Shown piece after piece: positions 1 to 7,280 of a stretch of 28,309 nt of DNA. The notes under the pieces were generated by a model. The model made no database searches. It worked only from the letters and a program-made list of their open reading frames with translations, and was not told the origin of the DNA. Source of the stretch: a virus. Taxonomy: Duplodnaviria > Heunggongvirae > Uroviricota > Caudoviricetes. Made by a program: the position numbers and the translations under genes. The DNA lies in IMG/VR virus record IMGVR_UViG_3300035492_000070. One strand, 5' to 3'. Position 1 is the first letter of the stretch. Each line of letters begins with the position of its first letter.

Positions 1-73
1 GACCTGTCAAGAAAAAGTTTCTACCCGCCTTAATAGAGTCGTACGCATATTGCTGTTTATCATTTAAAATCAT
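1..73 (-). CDS. 5' end (24 codons) of a probable SF1 Dda/Pif1-like helicase, runs off the window
   Basis: Manual translation MILNDKQQYAYDSIKAGRNFFLTG(P..) resembles the 'LNxxQ..A...I..G.N.FLTG' lead-in to Walker A of Pif1/Dda/RecD helicases; AGGTG RBS upstream. Not in the ORF track because it is truncated. Confidence 0.55.
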   Translation of the reverse strand, partial: MILNDKQQYAYDSIKAGRNFFLTG

Positions 74-91
74 ACCAATTCACCTATAACG

Positions 92-113
92 AAAAGGAGG
101 GCTATTCGCCCTC
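92..113 (-). terminator. Possible intrinsic terminator overlapping the stop codon of the RyR-domain gene
   Basis: Minus strand GAGGGC-GAATA-GCCCTC followed by CTTTT; short stem and short U tract. Confidence 0.45.
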
Positions 114-485
114 AGGTAACAAAATCAATTTCATTCGATCTACAGTAGCACCGAACAGGTAATCTTTACTTCTTTGCTCTTGTGGTAGATCCTTATAAGG
201 AACCATACAAGGATGACGTTTCGTTTCAGGGTCTTTCACTGGACCGTAAATCCAACCGTCTTTGACTTTGTCCTTCATCCAGTTCTTGTGCATATCTTCC
301 GGTGTGGCATTACTATTCTCAAGACGGAACAGTACGCCGCTATAAGAGGATTGTTTCATATGAGCAGGAGCTTCTTCCCAAGCAGGAATGCTCATATCAC
401 CTAAAGATTCACAATACGCCTTGTTTACAGAATGTGCAACTTGAGCAATAAAGTCAAATGTCGCAATCATTTCTTCATTAGTCAT
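102..485 (-). CDS. Stand-alone RyR (ryanodine receptor repeat) domain protein
   Basis: HKNWMKDKVKDGWIYGPVKDPETKRHPCMVPYKDLPQEQRSKD matches the RyR repeat signature H..W...K...GW.YG...D...K.HP..VPY..L...E+.KD. Confidence 0.75.
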   Translation of the reverse strand: MTNEEMIATFDFIAQVAHSVNKAYCESLGDMSIPAWEEAPAHMKQSSYSGVLFRLENSNATPEDMHKNWMKDKVKDGWIYGPVKDPETKRHPCMVPYKDLPQEQRSKDYLFGATVDRMKLILLPEGE

Positions 486-891
486 TTTTAGGAACTCCCA
501 TTTGGTATTTGCTTACTAAGTTCCATTGGTCTTTTTCTGCAAACTTCACTACTTTGACAATATTTGCATGACCCATAGGATCTAATTTAGATTGATCGAC
601 AACTTTTAATAAATTCCAGTCAGCTAACATTTGAGCAATTCGATTTCTACGGGCATAATCACCGTCGCTAATGTCTGTACGGAAACCATCAAGAGCCAAC
701 ATTTCTTTAAAATGACAAATATAATACTTTCCTTTCTTGTGTAAGATATGAGCCGATTGGTTCAAAGTTTTTTCGTTACGACTTGCTACGCCCATTCGAG
801 TTAAGGTTTCTTTAATTTTACGGAAACCATTCACTTCGTCAACTGGCAGTACCTCGATCATCTGTTCAATAATATCATCCGCCCTAATCAT
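478..891 (-). CDS. regA: RegA translational repressor
   Basis: FRKIKETLTRMGVAS..KTLNQSAHILHKKGKYYICHFKEMLALDG..RRNRIAQMLADWNL is the T4 RegA signature; position after gene 62 is conserved. Confidence 0.92.
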   Translation of the reverse strand: MIRADDIIEQMIEVLPVDEVNGFRKIKETLTRMGVASRNEKTLNQSAHILHKKGKYYICHFKEMLALDGFRTDISDGDYARRNRIAQMLADWNLLKVVDQSKLDPMGHANIVKVVKFAEKDQWNLVSKYQMGVPKND

Positions 892-1352
892 CTTTTTCTC
901 CCGCCTTGTTCATACAAGGACTCAATTAATTTAATTTCATTTTCGTTAAGCAGCTTTAAATATTCTAAAGCTTTTACTCTACTTATACAGTAATGTTTCA
1001 TTAGAAGTTCTAAAACTTCTTTGTTGCTATTGTCCTGTTTAGCCCATTTACCGTAACGCTTCCTCTTCGGAATTATATAGTAATAGAAATCATGGACCAT
1101 TTCTTTAGAGCAACGCCAATGCTTGTTCATTTCATTTGCAACCATTATAGTGTCCTGGTTTTGCGATAAAGCACGGTTAATCATGAACACTGTAAATTCA
1201 CGCTCAGTTGAGTCATTAAACAAATAGTTCTTATCAGAACATAAGTCACTTACAAAATCAAACAGACCGACTTTTTTAGGTGCCTTTTCTTCATTAGCCA
1301 CTTCAGCTATTTTACTACCGTCAAGAGTTACTGTCATGGCATCACCTATCAT
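888..1352 (-). CDS. gp62: Clamp loader small subunit gp62 (start may be the ATG at 1337, preceded by AGGTGA)
   Basis: FMINRALSQNQDTIMVANEMN..HDFYYYIIPKRKRYGKWAK..YCISRVKALEYLKLL; lies between 44 and regA. Confidence 0.85.
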   Translation of the reverse strand: MIGDAMTVTLDGSKIAEVANEEKAPKKVGLFDFVSDLCSDKNYLFNDSTEREFTVFMINRALSQNQDTIMVANEMNKHWRCSKEMVHDFYYYIIPKRKRYGKWAKQDNSNKEVLELLMKHYCISRVKALEYLKLLNENEIKLIESLYEQGGRKR

Positions 1353-2293
1353 TTAAAGTTCACGTTGATCATTAGATTAACACAAAGAGCCGCAATATGT
1401 AACTCCTTATCGGGAACGACATGATCATACCGTTGATAATCTTCCAAAATTAAAATCGCCTCTGGAATAGAATCAGGAACAACCAAATCCTTCAAGTTAC
1501 GATATAAACGAGTATACAGGTTAGACAAGTCATTGCCTGCATTATCAGCACACCATTGACGTACATCTTTGAAAGATTTTGCCTTCAAAGACTTCACAAG
1601 GTTTTCCATACTTACTTCCTGTAAGTCTAATAGAATACCTTCATCAATTTCACCGGCGCGGGCGTATTGTTGCAACTGACCTAAAATTCTACGGTTGTCA
1701 GGGAAGAATTTAGTGATTAATGCAATAACAGCACGTTGATTGAACTTGACATTTTCGTTATTAAGGATTTCGGTTACACGGGCAAAGAACATTGCTTGTA
1801 ACTTAGGCATTTCTTCTTTTGAAATATCAAAAGAGATATGGACACTACGACTAAAGATAGCATCAATAATACGGTTAGGGTAGTTGCACGTTAAGATAAA
1901 TGAACACGTCTTACTGTATGCTTCCATTGCATGGCGTAAACCACGTTGAAGTGCATCACTCATACCGTCTGCTTCATCTAAAATGATACATTTACCATTA
2001 TCAGAGAATGAAACAGTTGAGGCAAATTCTTTAATCTTTGTACGAAGTGTATCAATACCTGTTTCATCAGAACAGTTGATCACGATCCAATCAACCCCTA
2101 GTTCATGACATAACGCCTTAGCAGCAGTAGTTTTACCTGTACCTGGACCGCCACTCAATGCAATATTTGGAATATGGCCGGTACTAATAATATTCTTAAA
2201 TTCGGTTTTAATCGACTGTGGTAGAATACAGTCGTCTATTTTACGAGGGCGGTAACGTTCTACCCAGAGAGGTTCAGTTTTATCGAATTGCAT
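1349..2293 (-). CDS. gp44: Clamp loader large subunit gp44 (RFC-like AAA+)
   Basis: LWVERYRP, Walker A GGPGTGKTT, Walker B IILDEAD, IIDAIFSR sensor region, FFPDNRR. Confidence 0.95.
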   Translation of the reverse strand: MQFDKTEPLWVERYRPRKIDDCILPQSIKTEFKNIISTGHIPNIALSGGPGTGKTTAAKALCHELGVDWIVINCSDETGIDTLRTKIKEFASTVSFSDNGKCIILDEADGMSDALQRGLRHAMEAYSKTCSFILTCNYPNRIIDAIFSRSVHISFDISKEEMPKLQAMFFARVTEILNNENVKFNQRAVIALITKFFPDNRRILGQLQQYARAGEIDEGILLDLQEVSMENLVKSLKAKSFKDVRQWCADNAGNDLSNLYTRLYRNLKDLVVPDSIPEAILILEDYQRYDHVVPDKELHIAALCVNLMINVNFK

Positions 2294-2318
2294 ACATCAC
2301 TCCAATTCATAATTATTC

Positions 2319-2350
2319 AAAAAGGGGCAGGTAAAACATAAACCCTGCCC
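2319..2350 (-). terminator. Stem-loop/terminator between gene 45 and gene 44
   Basis: Minus strand GGGCAGG-12 nt loop-CCTGCCC followed by CTTTTT. Confidence 0.55.
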
Positions 2351-2384
2351 AAGCAGCACACACACACGAGGTTAGAACTACATA

Positions 2385-3074
2385 TTAAGCGAATGTAGAG
2401 TTCGCGTCAAGTGAAACCCAAAAGGTCTTATTACCGTTCTGTACTTTAGAAATCTTCTTAGAAGATATTTCAAATTCACAGTCACCATCTAATACAGTCA
2501 GTGCATCTGTTTTGTAGAACAGTTCAAATGTATCATTTGACTCACCAACTTCAATAGAGAAGCCGTTGGTGTCATCGCCTGAGCCATTATTGCGATCAAA
2601 AGCTGACAGGTAAATTTTGCCATCAACTGTACGGAAACCAATGTATTCCAGTTTCAGTGTCTGCGCTGCGCCCATAACGGCTTTTAATTGGCCTGCATTT
2701 ACATTGACAGTCACATCAGTTGAAGGAAGTTTGAAATCTTTCTCGAAGTAAGAGTTGATTAAGTTCTCAGCACCGTCAACATACTTCAATTTCTGACGAC
2801 CATCTTCAGATTTAACGGTAACGAATTTATCATTACTGAAATCCAGTGTAGGTGCATCAAACAACGATAATACGCTAATAAACTCACGTAAATCATAGAT
2901 ACAGAATGTACGAGGGAATGCAGTTTCCATATTTGTAATTAACGCGATTGTTTTAGTTTCATTGACAGAGCGTAACTCAGTCTTTCCACCTACAATTTTC
3001 AGCGTCTGGTTAATAGGATAAAGGCTCTTAAGAGTGTCGATATCCGCTTTGCTTAATTTAATTTCACTTGACAT
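2385..3074 (-). CDS. gp45: Sliding clamp gp45
   Basis: KLSKADIDTLKSLYPINQTL..FPRTFCIYDLREFISVLSLFDAPTLDF; 229 aa; immediately upstream of 44-62-regA. Confidence 0.9.
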   Translation of the reverse strand: MSSEIKLSKADIDTLKSLYPINQTLKIVGGKTELRSVNETKTIALITNMETAFPRTFCIYDLREFISVLSLFDAPTLDFSNDKFVTVKSEDGRQKLKYVDGAENLINSYFEKDFKLPSTDVTVNVNAGQLKAVMGAAQTLKLEYIGFRTVDGKIYLSAFDRNNGSGDDTNGFSIEVGESNDTFELFYKTDALTVLDGDCEFEISSKKISKVQNGNKTFWVSLDANSTFA

Positions 3075-3091
3075 AATAAAGCTCCTTTGCT

Positions 3092-3874
3092 TCAGGTTTT
3101 TGGTTTTTCATACTTATATGATGATGGAATAGTAAACACAAACTCATCCATGACGCGCATAATGGATAAATGGTTACCGTACACACACCCAGAGTCTATG
3201 TTGTAGACTTTGGCTCTATTTCCTAATTGTAACTGTTTCTGTTCACTCATGTCAAGAAACTTCCATGATTGGTGTCCATGAACATGAATAATATCTTGTT
3301 GAATATGCTTGAGCAGTTCAAACCGAGTAGATTCGGAATTAAACATGAAGTCACCTAGACTACGCAAATGAATTTCCTCATTAGCACCTAACCATCCATT
3401 CTTATTGAAATTGCGTATAGGCGAATGACTGAACAGTAATACCTTACCTGTAGATTCATCTACCAATTCCATAAAAGGTATTAAAGAACGCATATATGCT
3501 TTAATACTGTTCTTGCATTTGTCTCTGAATGTTTCAAACAGGGCATGAGTAACCACACGAGAATTTTCTTTGCATTCACGGTGTCCTAATTGCTCTTGTA
3601 GGAAATACCATTCGTGGTTTCCCATTAATTGAAAGTCGACGAATAGTTCTGAAAGCCGAAGAGTTTTAATTAAATCAGGACCACGGTCAATCAAATCACC
3701 TAATTGGACAATGTAAGACATCTTCCCTCTGCGTTTGGCATCTTCACGACACCAAAGAATTGCAGACTCAAACTCTTCGTGACACTGATGAATATCGCCT
3801 ATTGCATAAACTTCATGACGGTTACTATCAAAATGCTGAGTTAATTTCCATGTAATATGGTTTAAAGGGTCCAT
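3092..3874 (-). CDS. Calcineurin-like metallophosphoesterase (Pnkp/ApaH/Prp-type)
   Basis: GDIH, GDLIDRGP, GNHE, SH, HGH and IDSGCVYGNHLS motifs; AAGGAG RBS 6 nt before the ATG. Confidence 0.85.
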   Translation of the reverse strand: MDPLNHITWKLTQHFDSNRHEVYAIGDIHQCHEEFESAILWCREDAKRRGKMSYIVQLGDLIDRGPDLIKTLRLSELFVDFQLMGNHEWYFLQEQLGHRECKENSRVVTHALFETFRDKCKNSIKAYMRSLIPFMELVDESTGKVLLFSHSPIRNFNKNGWLGANEEIHLRSLGDFMFNSESTRFELLKHIQQDIIHVHGHQSWKFLDMSEQKQLQLGNRAKVYNIDSGCVYGNHLSIMRVMDEFVFTIPSSYKYEKPKT

Positions 3875-4386
3875 TCTTTACTCCTTGCAGTACGAACTTC
3901 TTCGTAAGATTGACTTAACTCAATAAACCTTTTGTTAGCAGTCGATATAAATGCGTCTACGAACGCATCAGTGCTGTTCATGTAGGTATCATAGTGCCTA
4001 CGTATTACTTCTTCAGGGATGTTGATAGGCTGAGTTTTAGCACGATTCTCGTTACGCTTAATCATTTCCTCTATTGAAGGTGGTTGAATTGATATACAAA
4101 CAACCTCGACATTGTACTTATCAGCTAGTGCAAGGTATTCTTTACAATCACGAAACTTTAAATTGGTTGCATTGACTACTGTATACAGACAACCATTCTG
4201 TAAACGCAATTCTAAGATTTGACGGAGTGTATCAAACACCAAAGCATTTCTCGATTGATCGGAAATTGATCCAGTTAACATTCCACGAAACTTGTCACTT
4301 GACAATACGTTATGTTGGTAGAAATACTTTTCACAGTAGGTATCTTTACCTGAACAGGTTGTACCTCTCATAAGATATAAAATCAT
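3862..4386 (-). CDS. P-loop kinase resembling the bacterial Pnkp kinase domain (AAA_33-like)
   Basis: LYLMRGTTCSGKDT, VLSSDKFR, DQS..VFDTLRQILELRLQNG..VVNATN, MIKRNENR parallel the Clostridium-type Pnkp kinase domain. Start placed at the ATG at 4386 rather than 4407. Confidence 0.78.
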   Translation of the reverse strand: MILYLMRGTTCSGKDTYCEKYFYQHNVLSSDKFRGMLTGSISDQSRNALVFDTLRQILELRLQNGCLYTVVNATNLKFRDCKEYLALADKYNVEVVCISIQPPSIEEMIKRNENRAKTQPINIPEEVIRRHYDTYMNSTDAFVDAFISTANKRFIELSQSYEEVRTARSKEWTL

Positions 4387-4390
4387 AAAC

Positions 4391-4588
4391 TTACCACCCA
4401 TTTCCAATTGAAGTGACGAACACGATGATTGATAAAAACAAGAGTGTTAAAACTCTGTAAAATGCTTTGTTTAACTTAGGCAATGTATAGTCAAATAACC
4501 ATACACCTAGTTTTAAACAGGTTAACATGATACATACCCAAAGTAGAATTGCGAAAATTGCTAATGATGTAGTTGCTACTAATCCCAT
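4391..4588 (-). CDS. Small membrane protein, first gene of the early operon
   Basis: Two hydrophobic segments; AGAGGA RBS 7 nt before the ATG at 4588; directly downstream of a consensus promoter. Confidence 0.55.
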   Translation of the reverse strand: MGLVATTSLAIFAILLWVCIMLTCLKLGVWLFDYTLPKLNKAFYRVLTLLFLSIIVFVTSIGNGW

Positions 4589-4618
4589 GATATAATCCTC
4601 TTTCTTCACTGTGCCTAT

Positions 4619-4647
4619 ATTCTATTAGCTATTAGGTCAAATGTCAA
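4619..4647 (-). promoter_or_regulatory. Sigma70-type early promoter for the leftward operon
   Basis: Minus strand TTGACA-17 bp-TAGAAT. Confidence 0.8.
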
Positions 4648-4727
4648 GAGATTTTTCAGAATCTGCAATAGTGAGTGAAACGAACGAGGTTAGCCCTTAT
4701 AATTAATAACGAGTGAAACGAGTGAGG

Positions 4728-4756
4728 TTGACAGAATCAAAATTTTCTTATATAAT
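4728..4756 (+). promoter_or_regulatory. Perfect consensus sigma70 promoter, rightward
   Basis: TTGACA (4728-4733), 17 bp, TATAAT (4751-4756). Confidence 0.75.
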
Positions 4757-4850
4757 AACGAGCGTAGCGAGTGAGGTTAACTTCTTTCTAATCTTTTTCT
4801 TATTTTCTATTTTTTATATTCTTCTTCTAACCTCGTTCGTTTCACTCACT

Positions 4851-4878
4851 ATTATATAAAGGATTTTGATCTTGTCAA
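4851..4878 (-). promoter_or_regulatory. Consensus sigma70 promoter, leftward, facing the 4728 promoter
   Basis: Minus strand TTGACA-16 bp-TATAAT, with an A/T tract upstream (TCTTTTTCAAAAAGA at 4881-4895). Confidence 0.68.
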
Positions 4879-5041
4879 GCTCTTTTTCAAAAAGATTTTA
4901 ACCAGTTAACCTCACTCGCTACGCTCGTTATTAATTATAAGGCCAGAGCTTGTAGGATCGAGCCAGTCAATACGAAACATGAAGTTAATATCAAGGTATT
5001 ACACAATCAAAGAAATCCTTAGAATTGTTTCTAGGGCGTTT

Positions 5042-5049
5042 AATAAATA
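5042..5049 (+). promoter_or_regulatory. Probable T4-type late promoter (AATAAATA)
   Basis: One-mismatch TATAAATA about 30 nt upstream of the ATG at 5080; AAGGAG RBS follows. Confidence 0.55.
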
Positions 5050-5079
5050 GTTTGATACATTTCATAAGGAGAATTCGTC

Positions 5080-5889
5080 ATGTATGAACTTCAACTACTA
5101 AGCAACACTTCGTTTGAGTTATACAGCGAATTTTCTATTCCTGTTGGTACCTCATTAATAATCACCAACAACACAACATCAATAGTTTTTGTGAATCAAC
5201 ACGAAGAAGGCGAATCTTCTGCCCCTTACCCTTTATGGCCAGCTCAAACTGCTCTTGTTCATGGTATGGAAGATGAACTTGTTTGGGTGAAAGGTTCTTC
5301 CAATGGTAAAATTCTTGTTCAAGAACTTACCAATACAATCACACCTTTTACAGCAGTTGAGTTAGCACAAGATTTGTATACATCAACCGTAGAAGGTTTT
5401 AGGCGTATACGAGTAGACGTAGGACAAACTGGATTTTTTGAAGGTAGAGAATTCCGAACATTCAAAGACCTTTCTATACCATCAGGTAGCACATATACCG
5501 TCAAAGTTGTTGTAAATAGAAACACAATTTTATGGAATACTTCTTTAAGTCTAGAATCAGGTGGACTGAAATTAAGCACTGTTGCAGGTGGAAGTGATAT
5601 TGACCCTTTCACTACAAGTTTACCTAGAATACCTAAAAATCGAATGACATTTGCGCCTGTTGTTGAACCCTTAAATACAATTCAAGAAGGCGGTACTATG
5701 GCGGGCGGTACTGTAATTGACGTGGTTAGACTTTCTACAGCAAGTTCTACAACACAAAGATCTTCTGTTGGTGGGTCGGTTGCTGACGAGAGGGGTGTAT
5801 CGCCCGGTGTGTATTACTTTGTGTTCCAAAATACATCAAATAGTGATGTTGCCGGTACATTTCATATGTTCTGGGAAGAACGACTATAA
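5080..5889 (+). CDS. Hypothetical protein, likely late/virion-associated, beta-rich
   Basis: 269-aa ORF with strong RBS and late-promoter-like box; S/T/V/G-rich composition. No family recognised. Confidence 0.65.
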   Translation: MYELQLLSNTSFELYSEFSIPVGTSLIITNNTTSIVFVNQHEEGESSAPYPLWPAQTALVHGMEDELVWVKGSSNGKILVQELTNTITPFTAVELAQDLYTSTVEGFRRIRVDVGQTGFFEGREFRTFKDLSIPSGSTYTVKVVVNRNTILWNTSLSLESGGLKLSTVAGGSDIDPFTTSLPRIPKNRMTFAPVVEPLNTIQEGGTMAGGTVIDVVRLSTASSTTQRSSVGGSVADERGVSPGVYYFVFQNTSNSDVAGTFHMFWEERL

Positions 5890-5892
5890 ATA
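5885..5892 (+). promoter_or_regulatory. T4-type late promoter TATAAATA
   Basis: Exact consensus overlapping the upstream stop codon, 35 nt before the gp8 ATG. Confidence 0.8.
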
Positions 5893-5926
5893 AAATTAAT
5901 ACAATATTGGCTCTTTGGAGAGAACA

Positions 5927-7240
5927 ATGCCTAGCATTATCAACAACCCTTTAAGAATTTTGAACGCAGATGCTCTGGTTACTCGATTAGCCAAAGAGCC
6001 TGCTTATCTTTTCATTGGCAAAAACACGCCTTGGCCCGATGAAGAAATGCCTAACCTTATTATCGACTCAACAGAAGAAAAGATTGAGTTGTATAATAAT
6101 CTATTGGCGGTAAAAAGAATTGATCCGTCGAATATTTCATCGGTGATCCCAAGAGTAAATTGGACATCAGGTGAGATTTACGATTCATTTGACCACCGAC
6201 AAAATATGGTTGATGGTAGAGATATTGATGGTAGAAAATTCAACTTCTATGTTATGACAGATGAGTTTAATGTCTATAAATGTCTAAGCAATAACGGTGG
6301 TGTACCATCTACAATTAGGCCTACGTCACAGCAATTAACGCCTTTCTATACCCCTGATGGATATGCTTGGAAATTCATGTATACCATCAGAGCAAGTGAC
6401 GTATTCAATTTCTTAACTTCTGAGTGGATGCCTGTATATACACTACAAGAAAACGACGGTTCTTCTCAGTGGCTGGTCCAAGAGAATGCTATTCCGGGTG
6501 GGATTCACGATATTAAAATCAATAGCCGTGGTTCAGGTTATGATACTGTAAATTTACCAACTGTTCAAATTACAGGTAATGGCACAGGCGCCACTGCTAT
6601 TGTCCAGGTTAACTCGGTTGATGGTGGTATTGATAGAATTTTAATTACTAATCCTGGTTCAGGTTACACTCAAGCAACTGTGACTATATCCGGTTTAAAT
6701 ATTACCCCTGCTTCAACAACTGCTATCTTATCCCCTATTAAAGGCCATGGCAAGGATGCAGTGCTAGAGTTGGGTGGTACACATAAAATGATTAAAACCA
6801 CTCTTAACGGTCAAGAAGATGGTAAATTCCCTATTACTTCGTTTAGACAGGCAGGGATTATATCAAAACCGATTTCTTCGACTGATGTTGGTACTAGGCT
6901 AATCGTCAATAACACCAATGGATTCAGTGTAGGCGATACAGTGAACGGGTCCTTATCAGGTGCAAGTGCCATTGTGCGTTTAATTGAGGTAGATTCTAAT
7001 ATTGTTTGGTTATCGAATGTATTAGGTACATTCAGTCAAAGTGATACACTCACTAACGGTATAGTTTCATCCAACATTAATAGAGTATTTTCTTCTGTAA
7101 AATTACCTTTAATTGTGCCAGTGGCTGCTGCTTCTGAAATTGAATACGGTTCAGGGAATTTATTATATCAATCAAACCGTGTATTAATTAACCGTGGTGC
7201 TGATCAGTCAGAAGAAGTTAGAATGGTTATAACGTTCTAA
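5927..7240 (+). CDS. gp8: Baseplate wedge subunit gp8-like
   Basis: VIPRVNWTSGEIYD, FYVMTDEFNVYKCLSNNGG, PDGYAWKFMYTI, and C-terminal YQSNRVLINRGADQSEEVRMVITF. Start set at ATG 5927 (GGAG RBS) instead of TTG 5915. Confidence 0.82.
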   Translation: MPSIINNPLRILNADALVTRLAKEPAYLFIGKNTPWPDEEMPNLIIDSTEEKIELYNNLLAVKRIDPSNISSVIPRVNWTSGEIYDSFDHRQNMVDGRDIDGRKFNFYVMTDEFNVYKCLSNNGGVPSTIRPTSQQLTPFYTPDGYAWKFMYTIRASDVFNFLTSEWMPVYTLQENDGSSQWLVQENAIPGGIHDIKINSRGSGYDTVNLPTVQITGNGTGATAIVQVNSVDGGIDRILITNPGSGYTQATVTISGLNITPASTTAILSPIKGHGKDAVLELGGTHKMIKTTLNGQEDGKFPITSFRQAGIISKPISSTDVGTRLIVNNTNGFSVGDTVNGSLSGASAIVRLIEVDSNIVWLSNVLGTFSQSDTLTNGIVSSNINRVFSSVKLPLIVPVAAASEIEYGSGNLLYQSNRVLINRGADQSEEVRMVITF

Positions 7241-7248
7241 ACTAAATA
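7241..7248 (+). promoter_or_regulatory. Late promoter variant ACTAAATA
   Basis: Intergenic, 33 nt before the ATG at 7281; the same variant recurs before three other late genes. Confidence 0.65.
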
Positions 7249-7280
7249 GAACAATATATTTTATAAGAGAGAAGGCTTAA

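Larger units (their letters stand above)
4667..4942. repeat. Five-copy repeat family, three direct and two inverted
   Basis: Forward copies 4667-4693, 4695-4732, 4753-4781; reverse copies 4827-4853, 4905-4942. 4667-4693 and 4827-4853 are perfect 27-bp inverted repeats; 4753-4781 and 4905-4933 are perfect 29-bp inverted repeats; 4695-4732 matches 4905-4942 at 34/38. Confidence 0.92.

Noticed and set aside
213-404. 63-aa plus-strand ORF
   Set aside because: Antisense shadow of the RyR-domain gene.
2357-2367. (CA)5C dinucleotide run downstream of gene 45
   Set aside because: Too short to distinguish from chance; non-coding, with no supporting structure.
3862-3874. Frameshifted or programmed fusion of kinase and phosphatase into one Pnkp
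   Set aside because: The phosphatase has its own AAGGAG RBS and ATG, and I saw no canonical slippery heptamer in the overlap.
4667-4942. CRISPR mini-array interpretation of the repeats
   Set aside because: Copies are degenerate, two are inverted, spacing is irregular, there are no spacer-length unique segments of constant size and no cas genes in the window.
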